Shown: piece by piece, positions 41,375 to 56,486 of the stretch
Numbering within the stretch: the stretch's first letter is position 1
How the letters are laid out: every line of letters begins with the position of its first letter
Assembly (NCBI GenBank): GCA_951406725.2
Contig: OX597833.1
Location: forward strand, 65,472,001 to 65,536,000
DNA from: Octopus vulgaris
Lineage: Eukaryota
DNA: 64,000 bases
Direction: 5' to 3'
Notes under the pieces: generated by a model
The model's input: the letters and a program-made list of their open reading frames with translations, nothing else
The model's database searches: none
What the model was told of the DNA's origin: nothing
Program-made: the position numbers and the translations under genes

Positions 41375-42562
41375 TATTCGTGTCTTTGTCTTTGTCTGTT
41401 TGTTCCCCACCATTGCTTCGTAATCGATGTTCGTGTGTCTACATTCGTGTAACATAGGGTTTCATCAAAACAGGTCAATATAATAAATACCATACTTAAA
41501 ATAGAAGTTCATCTTTTTTATTAAAGCTGCAAAAAACATACCAAAAAAAAAACTGTGACTCAATCATTTGATTCCGTTAGTCGGACAGTTGTGGTCAAGA
41601 ACTGATCACATCTGTCCGACGAACGGGTGAATCTCTTTTTGTGCGAGGGTTTTTTTTTTCAGCTTTAACAGAACTCCATATTACTCTACATTTTGTATTG
41701 TAATATTATTTATACCACTTTGTTTTTCATTCATGTGCTTACTTGTGTGTATATACATGTATATATGTTCAGTTATGATAAGACTTTTTAAATACTTAAT
41801 GCGTGAATTTCGCTATATTAAAGCGACGAGAGCAAAGAGCCTGTTGCATAATCTTATCTCATCCCTCTGATCGAGGTCGTCCCATACGACGCCCCCATAA
41901 GGGTTTCCGTTGCGCATAATATAGGCGTCACAGGGTACTGCTTCGTGTGGTCCCGAAGTTTCCAACTCACTAGGACTATTAGGGTTTCATCCATTGTCTT
42001 GTATTCAAGATGCTCTTCATGACATCCCGCTTGTTCAAAGCCAGGAATCTGAGCTGTTAGGTCATTTGATCGGGCGTTCACAATTTTCAATCAAGCAATC
42101 GCTCGATTGAGTAAACTGAACAATAAAATACCCAAAATGAACATCAGAAACAGCTGTAAGTCTAGAATGCACAAATGAATACATGTAGACAGCTCACTAA
42201 ATATGCTTTTTCCTATATACAGGTTTGTGTGCGAACGTGTATATAGTATTTAATGCATTAAATATACAAGACAGATCTCAAAGAATACAACTGGGTACAG
42301 AAATAAATAAAAAATAAGAAAATGGAAAATTTTAAAGTAAAGAGACAGAGAACTCAGACGTGCAATGATAAGTACGCATGGCAAGACTATATAGAGAGGA
42401 GGAGAGCGAATGGGTGTGAGGTAGATAGACAGGCAAAGAGAAAGTTATACGCTTGCAGACACACACATATATAAATATAAAGGTATTTATATGCAATTGT
42501 GCGCGCAAGTGTGTGCGTATGTAGATGCACATATAACACCCACACAAACATGTAGGCAAACA

Positions 42563-42599
<37 letters not shown>

Positions 42600-42712
42600 C
42601 TACGATTTATAATATATGATACAGAACTCATACCGCAAATTACAGGGTCCGATAAAGAGACTGTAGACTCTATCAACTCATAATATAGAACATAACGTAT
42701 ATTTATGTATAC

Positions 42713-42800
<88 letters not shown>

Positions 42801-42816
42801 ATATATATAGTTTTTA

Positions 42817-42847
<31 letters not shown>

Positions 42848-43486
42848 GTTTTTCTCTCTCTCTCTCTCTCTCTCTCTCACTATATATATATATATATATA
42901 GTTTTAATTTTATATATATATACGACTTTATTATATATATATATATAAATAAAGTTTTCACCATATATTTATATATACGCACAAACATACAGACACATAT
43001 CTTTGGCAATAAGTATCAGTATATATAATTGGCTGACGAGAAGTTATTTTCCATAAGTAAATTTAGCCAACTGCATTTACATCAATCTAATTAGACTTTT
43101 CGGTATTGTTGTCAAAAACAGACGTGTGTTATTTCGGAGTTATATTGGTGTTACTGCATAAAAGTTGTCTTATTTGAAGAGAGGGTTAATTTAGGAAACT
43201 TGTTTGAAATACACTAGTTTCAACGTCTGCTGAGTTGTGGATATTGTTTTTGTTTTTGGCTTTGTTGTCTCAAATTTTCATTTTTTTTTTTTTTTTTTTT
43301 TGTGAGAGGAAATATCTATATAGATATGAGACGGTGATAATGCTTCCATTAATGAGACTATCTATATGTGTTGGTTTCGTCTTTGTACGTATATATGCAC
43401 AAGTATATGTGCGCGTGTGTTTGCGTGTGTATGTATACATGTATGTATCTATATTTATACCATATATACACACATATATATATATG

Positions 43487-43547
<61 letters not shown>

Positions 43548-43776
43548 GTATAAATATAGATACATACAATATATGGCAAATATACGTATTTATATGTGTG
43601 TGTATAAATATATATATTATGTTACGTATATATATATATATATATGTATATGTGTATATATGTATGTATATATATATATATATATATATATTGTTTATAT
43701 ACATATATATATACATATATATACATATATATATACATATGTATATATATATATATATACATGTATATATATATAC

Positions 43777-43862
<86 letters not shown>

Positions 43863-44208
43863 TTATACATCATACATATATATGTGTTTATGTATGCTTG
43901 TATTTATGTGTGTAGCAATGTAAACGGGTGTGTATGTTGTATGTGTGTGCATTTGTGTGTGTGTGTGTGTGTATCTCTGTGTCTGTCTGTTTGTCCGTTT
44001 GGTCGCAAAGAAATTGCAAGTCTCGAGTGTTGTTTTCTCTCTTTTGTGTAATTGTCGCTTCATACGTAGTAATTTAACGAGTACAAGTTTTAAGACGAGA
44101 AAAATAGCTCAGTTACAAATAACGACAAAATTTCAACAACAGAATCTTATACAATATCAAAGACAAAACCAACATGCAGACGCTTAATTTACGAGAAATG
44201 CGAGAATA

Positions 44209-44606
44209 TCTTTATATATAAAAGTGAGGTTGTGTGCTGTCTGTCTCCTACGATTTAGATTCCTAACTACTCCCACATTTTTCGGTGCTGTTTAACCAAA
44301 ACCGGGTATCTTATAGTCGTGATTCATATCGAGCCCTTCTTGGTATTAGCGCGCGTCTACGATGAGTCTACGATTTAAAAAATAATTTACCATCAATTTT
44401 TCCCATTTTTAATCCATTTTTGGCATATATAAGAGAAGTAACTCTCTAAAAATTTATTATTAAATCTCAGAACGTAAAAAGCTACAGTAACACCCCGCCA
44501 CTTTGTAGTTAGCCATATTGAGATGGCTATTATACTTTACATCTCTAAAAATGCTTATATAGTTATTTCCCTTACAAACCCGAGCAAGGCCGGGCGATAC
44601 TGCTAG
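44209..44606 (+). mobile_element. Non-autonomous Helitron type 2
   Basis: A|TCTTTATATATAAAAGTG ... CCCGAGCAAGGCCGGGCGATACTGCTAG|T; paralog at 60108-60503. Confidence 0.88.
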
Positions 44607-44654
44607 TATATTATAAATCATAAAAGCCGCGTTCTTTGTATAAATTAACATTCA

Positions 44655-44850
44655 ATATTTCTACTACTCGCGGACATACTTATAAATTCAGAGAAATAGC
44701 GTAGCATATAATGATTTTTGTAAACATTTTTTTTCACTCTCAGAATTATTGAAACATGGAATAAAATACCGGCGTCGGTTGTTAGCTGTCAGGAAAACAT
44801 CGATACGTCCCGAAGTTTGCCAACATTGCTCCTGGCACGCCTATGTATCC
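44655..44850 (+). mobile_element. CR1-clade LINE 3' fragment
   Basis: TRGHTYK ... FTLRIIETWNKIPASVVSC, typical of the CR1/L2 ORF2 C-terminus. Confidence 0.65.
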
Positions 44851-45150
44851 TTTTCTGCTCATGTTTTTGCAATGCTTACTGTTCTTTTTCTTTTTAACCT
44901 ATAGCGTTTCGACAAACGACACCGGTAGAATAAGAAACAAACTTTAAATAGGTATGAGGTGGGCACGTTGTTCAATTAAAACCCTTAAGCGGTGCTCTAG
45001 AATGGCCGCTGTCCATTGATTGAAACGAGTAAAATGTACAAAATATCCTGTATCTATTGCCGGGCTTTTGTGGTTCGAAGCAAAATCAGTCACCTCCCCT
45101 GTGGCCATTTCAAAATTTTATGCTATATTTATGTAGGTAGGACTACATTG

Positions 45151-45640
45151 TGGGGGCGCATGGCTTAGTGATTATGGTTTTAGCATCATGATCGTAAGAT
45201 TGTGGTTTCGATTCCTGGACCGGGCGACGCGTTGTGTTCTTGAGCAAAACACTTCATTTCATGTTGCTCCAGTCCACTCAGCTGGCAAAAATGAGTAACG
45301 CTGCGATGGATTGGCGTCCCGTCCAGCTGGGGAACACATACGCCATTGAAACCGGGAAACCAGGCCCATGAGCCTGGCAAGGCTTTAAAAGGGCACATTT
45401 ATTTGGAGGCTCGTAACTTAGTGGTTAGGATGTCAGCATCATGATCGTCAATTTGTGGTTTCGATTCCCGGACCGGGTGACGCGCTGTGTTCTTGAGCAA
45501 AACACCTCATTTTACGTTGCTCCAGTCCACTCAGCTGGCAAAAATGAGTAACGCTGCGATGGACTGGGGTACACATACACCGTAAAAACCGGGAAACCGG
45601 GCCTATGAGCCTGTGTAGGCTTTAAAAGGGCGCATTTATT
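45151..45640 (+). mobile_element. Head-to-tail dimer of SINE family C (45151-45400, 45404-45640)
   Basis: tRNA-Arg-like head, TGTGTTCTTGAGCAAAACAC body, tail GGGAAACC.GGCCCATGAGCCTGG..AGGCTTTAAAAGGGC. Confidence 0.88.
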
Positions 45641-46339
45641 TCTTTTTAATTTTTAGGACTACATTAACAGCGCCAGCTATAAATTATGGCTCTGTAATGT
45701 TTTGGTCTGGAGTGTGACACAGCTATACATGTAAACCGTAAAACCTAACACAAGGTATCTACTAAAACACAACGAGAGGCAACACAATTAATGTAAAACT
45801 AAACAATGGTGGATCGTTAGAAATGAAAATGTTTGAAGTATTTTGGGCGTCAATGGCTAGTTGTTGAAGGTAGCCATTATGGTTGACCACAGCCATCTCA
45901 ACTTGCAACAGAATCTGTTAGACTCCCTCGTTTATATCAATCACACAAAAGGTGACAAATTGATTGTATACAGAGCAACCGAATTCTAAGAATAAATTAT
46001 ATGAGATTCTAAAGAAAATGCTACAGCGAAAGGGATGTAGTGATGATGTTCAAGGGAACAATGGCGAACAACCGGAAAAAGTATGGCTTTACATGAAACC
46101 GGAAATGAACAAACCAACCTGAGAACGGAAACAGATACGTGCAAAATCAGATCATTAATACTAGTTACACTAAAATACAACACCGTATTTCATACTATGG
46201 CATGTTTTCATGTGCTGTATACTTTGCAACAATACACCACATTGCATTAAGATGTCTCAAGCTATACCACAGAATATAGTTTGAGATAGAAGTAACTGTT
46301 TCTACTTTTTAGTGATTCACTCTTTTTAGATATATGGAC

Positions 46340-46960
46340 GAGTCGATAAAATCGACCCCAGTGCTTTGATAGTCCTTATGTTATCGATCCTGAGAGAGGC
46401 AACGGGATTTGAACGCAGATCGTAAGGAAGCGGAAGAAAGCTCACTGATCACGTACCGTGATTTACTGAAGTTCTGACCATTTTACTAATTTGCAGATAT
46501 TGGAGATAAATTGGTTACTTTTATTCTAGGCACAAGGCCTTGAAAATATTTGGGAGAAGGGGCTAGTCGATTAAATCGACACCAGTGCGTAACTGGTATT
46601 TCTTTCATCAACCCCAAAAGGATAAACGGCAAAGTCCAGCTCGGTGGAATTTGAACTCAGAGCGTGGTGGAAGACGAAATGCTGCGAAGCATTTCACCCG
46701 GCGAGTTAACGATTCTGCCAGCTCACAACTTTCTTGGAAATAAAATAATCTTTTCTACTCTAGGCACAAGATCCGAAATTTGCGGGATGGGGTCAGTCGA
46801 TTAGATCGACCTCAGTATAGAACTGGTACTTAATTTATCGACCCTGAAAGGATGAAAGGCAAAGTCTACCTCGATGGAATTTGAACTCAGAACGTAGCGG
46901 CAGACGAAATGTCGTTAAGTATTTCGCCTGGCGTTTTAACGATTCTGCAGCTCGCCGCCT
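46340..46960 (-). mobile_element. Three tandem SINE B copies of increasing divergence leftwards
   Basis: 46750-46960, 46520-46730 and ~46340-46490. Confidence 0.75.
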
Positions 46961-47316
46961 TCTTGGAGATAAAATAGTGAAGCAAAGCTGCGATGTATCC
47001 ACCTTCAACTCCGGTTTTTGAGAGAAGAAAATTCTGTGGTACTTATGTCAAACTTTGACTGTCATACATGACAAGGTAGTGATAAAATAAAAAGTAATAA
47101 CTCGACAAACAGGTAACACATACAACACCTAACAACATATGTCTACGCGAAAATTAACAATTTGAAAATTGTATCAGCATCAGATAACGTTCTTGTTATT
47201 CAGAACATTAATTAATCTCGGCCCTACAGGCTGTTTCTATCTAAATATTTCCAGATATTGAATCTGGTGGTCCGAGATTTTGCCGAGTTATCGCCACCAG
47301 AGAAAATAGCTTGTGG

Positions 47317-47720
47317 ACTCTTTTACTCTTTTACTCGTTTCAGTCATTTGACTGTGGCCATGCTGGAGCACCGCTTTTAGTCGAAAAAACCTGACCCAGG
47401 ACTTATTCTTTGGAAGCCCAGTACTTATTCAATCGGTCTCTTTTCCCGAACCATAAGTTATGAGGACGTAAACACACCAACATCAGTTGTCAAGCGTGTT
47501 GGCGGGGACAAACACAGACACACAAACATACAAACACACACAAACACACACACATATACATATATATATACAACGGGTTTCTTTCAGTTTCCGTCTACCA
47601 AATCCACTAACAGCGCTTTGGTCGGCCCGAGGCTATAGCAGAAGACACTTGCCCAAGGTGCCACGCCCAGAGCCATGGGGTTGGTAAGCAAGCTACTTAC
47701 CACACCGCCACTCCTACACC
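47317..47720 (-). mobile_element. SINE family A
   Basis: Full-length reverse copy. Confidence 0.9.
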
Positions 47721-47891
47721 TATAATGTTTCTAAATCTAGATCTCGGATTGAGTTCTCTTTTCTTTCGTTTGTAAATATAAACAAAAATACGAATACACA
47801 CGCACACACATTACGGATATGAACCGATATATTTAGTGGCATATTTTTTAGGCTTTTTTTTTAACTTTGAAGATATATGAGTAAAGGAACA

Positions 47892-47931
<40 letters not shown>

Positions 47932-47960
47932 TGTATATATATATGTATATTTATACACAA

Positions 47961-48008
<48 letters not shown>

Positions 48009-48015
48009 ATAATAA

Positions 48016-48050
<35 letters not shown>

Positions 48051-48107
48051 TATATATTTGTATATATAGATAGATGATAGATATTTATATACATATATAT
48101 ATTTATA

Positions 48108-48156
<49 letters not shown>

Positions 48157-48492
48157 ATTTGTATGCATACCCATATACATATATGTGTATATATGTATAT
48201 GTATATATATGTTTATGTACGTGCGTGTGTGTATGTGTGTATACACGCACATACATATCCATATGCACGTGCGCTCACATACACACGCATATACACAAAA
48301 GTTTCCAGTACGTAGAATGTCAATAACTCCTTCTTCTGTATTGTGTACACATATTTCTCCCAGTTTACTTTGATTTCATCTCACTTTCTGTCTGTCTCCA
48401 TCCTTCCTCTTTCCTTCTCACTCTCCATATATACATACATACACAGACACAAACACACAAATACATATATACATACGTACATACAAACACAC

Positions 48493-48636
<144 letters not shown>

Positions 48637-48646
48637 CATACACACA

Positions 48647-48678
<32 letters not shown>

Positions 48679-49307
48679 CGCACTCACAAACATGATTACA
48701 CACACATGTAGACATATATAAATGCGCGCACACACACATATTATATTGTGTGTGTGTACGTGTACGTACGTTTATGCGTGCGTGTGTGTATGTTTGTGTG
48801 TGTTGTGTGTCTGTGTGTCCGTTTGTCTGTTTGTGTGTTAACGAAGACACTTTTTTTTCTTTCTTTCTTTCTTAATGATCTTTGTTGTTTCCTTGACAAA
48901 CAAATCTTTTGATATCTTTCTTCCGGCGTTTCTCAAATTCAAAGAGAAAAACCAAATATGTCTTTCGTTTCATGTGGAATCAGCTTGCTATCTTGCCATC
49001 TTGATTTTTGCCTGATGTTACGAGCAACAAATTGACAGAGAAAAATAAAACATACCCACTGACTGCCTGGCACGAACCAGGCATCTTATCCTTTACTGAG
49101 TGACTGTGGCACGTTAATGAAATATTTATGACACTAGAATTTGTTGGCCAGATCTCTCTTCTCAAATCAAAAGACGTTTCGGGTTCAAGCTCATTTGTCA
49201 GTACATATGCCTAGAGGCTCTAGGCGAAATCATTTACATCAGCTACAGTTATTCTTGGAGTTGTTGTTGATGGTACTCAGGAACAGTGGTAACATAAATC
49301 ATGACAA

Positions 49308-49540
49308 GGCGGCGAGCTGGCAGAAAAGTTAGCACGTCGGGCGAAATGCTTTGCGGCATTTCGTCTGCCATTACGTTCTGAGTTCAAATTCCGCCGAGGT
49401 CGACTTTGTCTTTCATCGTTTCGGGGTCGATAAATTAAGTACCAGTTACGCCCCGGGGTCGATGTAATCGACTTAATACTTATGTCTGTCCTTGTTTGTC
49501 CCCTCTATGTTTAGCCCCTTGTGGGTAATAATGAAATAGG
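49308..49540 (+). mobile_element. SINE family B with tail 1
   Basis: Family B match; GTAACATAAATCATGAC (left of element) vs GTAACATATATCATGAC (right) looks like a TSD. Confidence 0.9.
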
Positions 49541-49833
49541 TAACATATATCATGACCTTCAACTCTACGCTTACAGATTTTATTGCTTCTGTCTTGACTT
49601 CAACTGTTTGTCAGCTTCCCTTACTTTCTTCTAATTGTCCATTTCCTCTGAATAGGACGTACTAGGTTTGCCTTTACTGCCACCCGTGTAGCAACTGGGC
49701 CTTCTGCTTCAAATTACGAATAGCATGGATAAACTATAGAAAGCTTTTGATAGACTATAAAAATGTTCTTTTGGAATTGTTCGATGGTGTACAACATGGC
49801 TATAAAGTTTTTGGTAAACATATAAATAATCTC

Positions 49834-49991
49834 AACAAGAGCACTCAGGGAGAATGAATCTCCGTCAAGGCAACGCCAACGTCCTCTCAACGAGTAGCCA
49901 GAGATGATTTTTAAAATGAGAATATCTTAAATAAACTCGACTGCTCTCACAAACGACAATACTAAAAATGAACCCGACTGATCTCAAAAAT

Positions 49992-49992
<1 letters not shown>
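49834..49992 (-). mobile_element. Possible Helentron-associated (HINE/DINE-1-like) element 3' end
   Basis: AACAAGAGCACTCAGGGAG...CTCCGTCAAGGCA resembles the hairpin plus subTIR (CCTCCGCCAAGG) end; short internal ~36-bp tandem. Confidence 0.45.
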
Positions 49993-50080
<88 letters not shown>

Positions 50081-50178
50081 AGAAGAAGAAGAAGAAGAAG
50101 AAGAAGAAGAAGAAGAAGAAGAAGAAGAAGAAGAAGAAGAAGAAGAAGAAGAAGAAGAAGAAGAAGAAGAAGAAGAAG
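49992..50178. repeat. (GAA)n microsatellite
   Basis: Near-pure GAA array. Confidence 0.97.
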
Positions 50179-50323
50179 CTGGGGAGGAGGATGAGGCGGA
50201 GGAATATTTCACTCATTGCTGGTCTTCAACTTTTGCTGTTCGCCTCAAATAAATTCTGTAAGGACAAAGAGATGAACGAATCAAACACAACTGTAGTAGC
50301 ACAGACTGACGGGCGTACACACT

Positions 50324-50385
<62 letters not shown>

Positions 50386-50656
50386 AACACACGTGCACTG
50401 GCATACAGATTCATGTAGATAAACACGTACATACCTGGACACACGAGGTCAAGGTACTCATGCACATACATACTCATCCGTGACACACACAGACATATGT
50501 ATAGTCAACATACAAACAACACACATACATATACGCAATTTTGATTCAAAACGCACACACACACACACACACAGAAATACATACGTCAGTCAACATACAG
50601 ACTGAAATCTTTTGTATAATGCATATACGCATATACGCGCAAGTATACATGCACGA

Positions 50657-50693
<37 letters not shown>

Positions 50694-50885
50694 ATAAGAG
50701 TCTCACATAGAAACATACATAGAAATACAAGCCGAAAAATACATACACACACACACACACAACTTTCATACAGAATACACACACACGACACATCATATAT
50801 TCTACACTACACAACAGGGAACATACACAGCACACGCAATATTACACAGCACATAGACACACATATAACTCAACAGTGTACACAA

Positions 50886-50923
<38 letters not shown>

Positions 50924-51009
50924 ACACATACACACACACAGAGTAAGTAAAGCATCTATGTATGTGTTTGTGTAAATCAAAATGTACGTCTACGGTTTTA
51001 ATGAGTGTG

Positions 51010-51060
<51 letters not shown>

Positions 51061-51830
51061 GTGCGTGTGTGTGTGTGTTTATGTATGTATGTATATATGT
51101 TGATATATGTGCATATGTATTTGACTGAGTATGTGTGCAGTTACACATACGCATGTACCTTATACATACATGTACACATATGCACACGCATACTTACACA
51201 TGTGTATGCATGTATACATTAACACAGTATACATACACACACAGACATTACAGATAGACATACGCACACATACACAAGTCACACACACACGCCTACGTCT
51301 TATATCCCCCCACACACACACACATACATTACATACATTTACATATGCACATGCACACACACACACACGTGATACGAGAAATATATATATATACACGCGC
51401 TTACAGATATACATTGTTATACACACAAACACACTATATCCCGCTGACACATCACACCGAGATACACACACATACATGCAGGTGATACGAGGCACGTATA
51501 TATACACATTGTATTAAATATACACACACATGGACACACCTATACATCTATATAGACTCATGCACTTTATACCACAAACATACGGATTAAGCCACACACA
51601 CATATACACTGCCCTACATATAAACACATACACGAGGATACCACACACACACACACATACACACTCCACACACACACACAAGCACACCTCGTACAAAGCA
51701 GACATAGACATTCCGTCACAGATGTATGTGTATATATACATATACACAAACACACACATATATATGTATGTATGTATGATGTATGTATGTATATATATAT
51801 ATATATTATATATATATATACATATACATA

Positions 51831-51931
<101 letters not shown>

Positions 51932-52000
51932 CTATATACACACACACATGAACATTGCACCACATTCATACACATCTCACAACAGACACAACTCAAAACA

Positions 52001-52053
<53 letters not shown>

Positions 52054-53070
52054 AGAAAGCCGCACAACATACACACGCGTGCATCCACACCTTCACATAC
52101 ATACACATTTTCAGAATATTCCCACTAAACACACACACAAAGACAACAATAGATGATATATATCTGACATTTTCAATTTTGTCTCACAACGATGTTTACT
52201 CCACGTCCTCCGCTCCATCCAACGCCCGGTAGTAGGTGGAGGTGGTTGCAGGAACAGGACACGATTAGAGAAGGGAGCGGGAAGAGAAGACAATTTAACT
52301 AAAACTCCACTGAAGCATAACTGATTTCCTTTTCACATTTTTCCTTATTCCATTTCTATTATCATTGGTAACTTTCTTCAAAGTTCTTACAAGCTTTCCT
52401 CTGGTGATTGTGTATACCACTACAACAGCACCAGCAACAGCCGTAGCAGAATAACAGCGGTGGTAGCGGTATCTTCGCCGACGTAGCTATCATTATAATA
52501 CCGCAACAACAACGCCAAGCTGAAATTGCAAGAATTTTCAGAATAGTAGACATTGATTTTGCTCACTGACCTTTTGTGAAGGGATTTGCCGTTGACTGGA
52601 AGTAGCTTTTACCATTATTATTCTCAACACAGACAGATTTACACGCTTCGATAATCGTTTACTTTTAGGATACTCGTCAAGCAGTAAGTCGATCAAGGAA
52701 TACGGAACATGTGTGCGCGGTGTTTATGTATGTATGTATGTATGTAGCCATGTATGTATTTATGTCTGCCTGTCTGTCTGTTTGTCTGTCTGTCTGTATG
52801 TATGTATGTATGTATGAAAGTATGTATATAAATGTAAATGTATCTTTAACCCTACATGTCGGTAAATTATATATATATACATATACCTATATATATGTAG
52901 AGATACGCAGATATATATATATATGTATGCATTCGTAATTCTATGTATGTGCATGCATATACTGCATACATGCATAAATTTATATACAAATGTCTATCTA
53001 TAGAAATGTATATGCACATGCATAAATTATGTGTGTGCGCATGGGTGAGTGTGTATCTGAGTGTCTGTGG

Positions 53071-53101
<31 letters not shown>

Positions 53102-53259
53102 ATTGATATAGGATAAAAAATTTTTCGGGAAAAAATTTTATCAATAGCCAGCATATCAAAAAATGCCTTTAAAGGTAAAATTTATACATAATTTACAAGA
53201 TTAGGCATTAGAATTGTTCTTCTGCCCTTTTCTTGTAAATTATATATATATATATATAT

Positions 53260-53340
<81 letters not shown>

Positions 53341-54667
53341 TATAGATATAGATATACACACATATATATATGTATGCATGTATGTATGTATATATATAAG
53401 CAAGTATAAGCCAACTCTAATGAGCGGCGTAAGACAAAGAGATCGTAGAGATAACATAAGAATCAGACAATGCTTCAATCACTCGCGGTGTTAAACGGCT
53501 GACAATTACGCCGTGTGGACTCTGAACAATTTCAGTTTCAGAAATCTCGCATATAAACATCGTTTTGTTAAATGGGTCAAATAATGTAAATATAATGGTA
53601 CGCCATATAACAATAGTGATCAATTCAACAGTCACTTTACCAACAGATAGTAAAACAACCCTTCCCGGTCTTATTAAGCCTTTCTGCGATAGGTACAAGG
53701 CCTGACATTTTGGGTAAAGGGGAAAGTCGATGAGATCGACCGCACTTAGCCGCCACAACCAATAAGCTGCTGCAACCCCAACCACCACCACGGTTACTAC
53801 TACTACGACCAACAATCACTACTGCTACCACCATTCCATTGGAACACAAGGACGGTTCCTTTTGATACCAGCAAGAAACAATAATGAACTTCTTTACTAC
53901 ACGCAACTATAATATAGCGATTATACCAACTACCGACAAAACACCACCACACGGATTCTATTGAGACCAGTAAGAAACAACTAAAAACTTTTCTATTGCA
54001 CTTTTCATAATATTTTTGATAAGGTTCGTTTTTTCAAGAACCGAAACATGTAAAATTCATAAGAAAATTTAAATTTATCTAATATAGTAGCGTTTTCAAA
54101 CTTCTTTTTTACAAATACATATATATATATATATAGATGGGCATCGCAATGACATGTCATAGAATAGTCTGTGCACTGTTCATATATAGTCATAGTGTGG
54201 AGATTCGATGCATCTCCGCCCCGATTCAGCTGTATGATGTTGATAAGCCACAGAATAGCGAAATACCGGATCTCCATCACTTCGATCCAAAGCGAGTTGT
54301 CTGACCTGTCTATGATTTCAATGTGTTTTAACACGCAGTGCAATGTGGGCGTCCTCTCCAAGCGCTACTCCGCAGTGAATCCGTGTGATCGATAATGTGT
54401 ACATCACTAGCGCTGTTACTAAGGTCTTACTAAACGCACACATACACACGCACTCACGCACATACACACACACATAAATATGTACCTCTTATACCACTTG
54501 ACATTTTGTCGTTTGTATAAAAGTTATGAAATAATTCCATAGATTGGATCTCCTGCATTTCTCTGCATATAACTGCATTAAACTAATCCGTGCTGGATTA
54601 TTATGTGGTATTATAGCCAGATCCATTGATCCACTTGAGGAGCTTACTTTGATAGGTATATGCACTG

Positions 54668-54715
<48 letters not shown>

Positions 54716-54917
54716 TAGTTGTATGAATTATCTTAGTTTGGATAATTCGGTTAACCGATACCTGGGTAGCAAATTCACGTCAGAAAAACACGGTTGAAGC
54801 TACATGCCAAGGGCAGAGATCACGTGCTTTCGTGTGGAAATTTGCAGCCTTCGAAACATATGTCGAGAATAAAGGAATTTTGTTAAATCGTCGTTCAACT
54901 CCATTCTTTCATTTATT

Positions 54918-54995
<78 letters not shown>

Positions 54996-55003
54996 TGTAT
55001 GTA

Positions 55004-55051
<48 letters not shown>

Positions 55052-55058
55052 GGGTGTA

Positions 55059-56262
55059 CAAGGTACTTTCCAGAAGATTTCAGACTTCGTCAGGAGAGGT
55101 ATTTATTATTTTCCAAGAAAAACAACACTCACCTCTAACTTCAATACATGTGTTGTAGTAGACCAGTCACTTCTTGAAGACCCTCCGAAGGTGAAAGGTG
55201 ACCAAGACCCTTGCCACGGGCTCCTTCGTTTTTCCAAACGACTCTGAGTAACAGCAGAGATGCCCATCCCCATCTCTGTCAAGTAATTAGTTACTAGAAC
55301 CTCGTTCACTGACCGCTCTGGGAGCAAACTTTGCACAGATCCTACGCATAGGCGCAGGAGTGGCTGTGTGGTAAGTAGCTTGTTTACCAACCACATGGTT
55401 CCGGGTTCAGTACCACTGCGTGGCACCTTGGGCAGGTGTCTTCTACTATAGCCTCGGGTCGACCAAAGCCTTGTGAGTGGATTTGGTAGACGGAAACTGA
55501 AAGAAGCCCGTCGTATATATGTATATATATATATAAATATATATGCGTGTGTGTGTTTGTGTGTCTGTGTTTGTGCCCCTAGCATTGCTTGACAACCGAT
55601 TCTAGTGTGTTTATGTCCCCGTTACTTAGCGGTTCGGCAAAAGAGACCGATAGGATAAGTACTGTGCTTACAAAAGAATAAGTCCCGGGGTCGAGTTGCT
55701 CGATTAAAGGCGGTGCTCCAGCATGGCCGCAGTCAAATGACTGAAACAAGTAAAAGAGTAAAAGAGTATGTTCAGATCTTATGGATAATTCTGTATAGTT
55801 GACCAGACCGACACCAATCTCTGTGCTTATTTTCTTTATAGGACACACGACATTCTTCATCCAGAAAATTATTAATTTTCTAAAACCCTTCACCTCACAT
55901 CGTCCCTCAACTCCTCTCTCTACAATCCTGAAATCGCTTCTGCCGCCGAATAATTGAATCCATAAGCAGTCTGGACATTTCTTTAGTTCTCTATAGTAAG
56001 TTTGCGCAGTTTAGCAGGAATTTTACCGCACAAAGGGCTTCCAGATACCCCAATTGCAGTCTACAGATTAGTCAACTGTGACGAGCAGTTTCCAGTAGGG
56101 AGTGTTTTCAATTGCTGTTAGAGACGTTTCCTAAAATCTGGAATGACATGATATGGCAGGTCAGCTTGATGGATGTAGAATAACGCTAAAGTAAAATGAC
56201 AAAAATCTAAGACTTTGTAATTGTCTCCTAATAATGTCTCAAACATTCTGGAACAGACCTCG
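55059..56262 (-). mobile_element. Degenerate mariner transposon interrupted by a SINE A
   Basis: Minus peptides IKKISTEIGVG..DLN|MRRICAKFAPRAVSE, LVTNYLTEMG, YNTCIEVRG; imperfect TIRs CAAGGTACTTTCCAGAAG / CGAGGTCTGTTCCAGAAT. Confidence 0.72.
55351..55767 (+). mobile_element. SINE family A (full length, nested in the mariner)
   Basis: GGCGCAGGAGTGGCTGTGTGG head to (GTAAAAGA)n tail. Confidence 0.92.
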
Positions 56263-56412
56263 TGCGCGTTCGAGCGTGTGTATATAAGCGACTCTATGAC
56301 TACTCTATACATCTATGTTTCTCTACTTAAAGTTATTGAATAATTGTCAATATATATATATATATGTATATTATATATATATATGTATATATATATTTAT
56401 ATATGTATATTT

Positions 56413-56486
<74 letters not shown>

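Noticed and set aside
43027-43072. CTGACGA followed by a small hairpin
   Set aside because: Lacks the GAAA core half; likely chance
45151-45225. tRNA-like sequences at SINE heads
   Set aside because: No complete cloverleaf; they continue into multi-copy SINE bodies, so they are not tRNA genes
54005-54420. Unique, moderately GC-rich stretch with a 118-aa minus-strand ORF
   Set aside because: No recognisable motif; the ORF runs through a TA repeat; cannot support a CDS call
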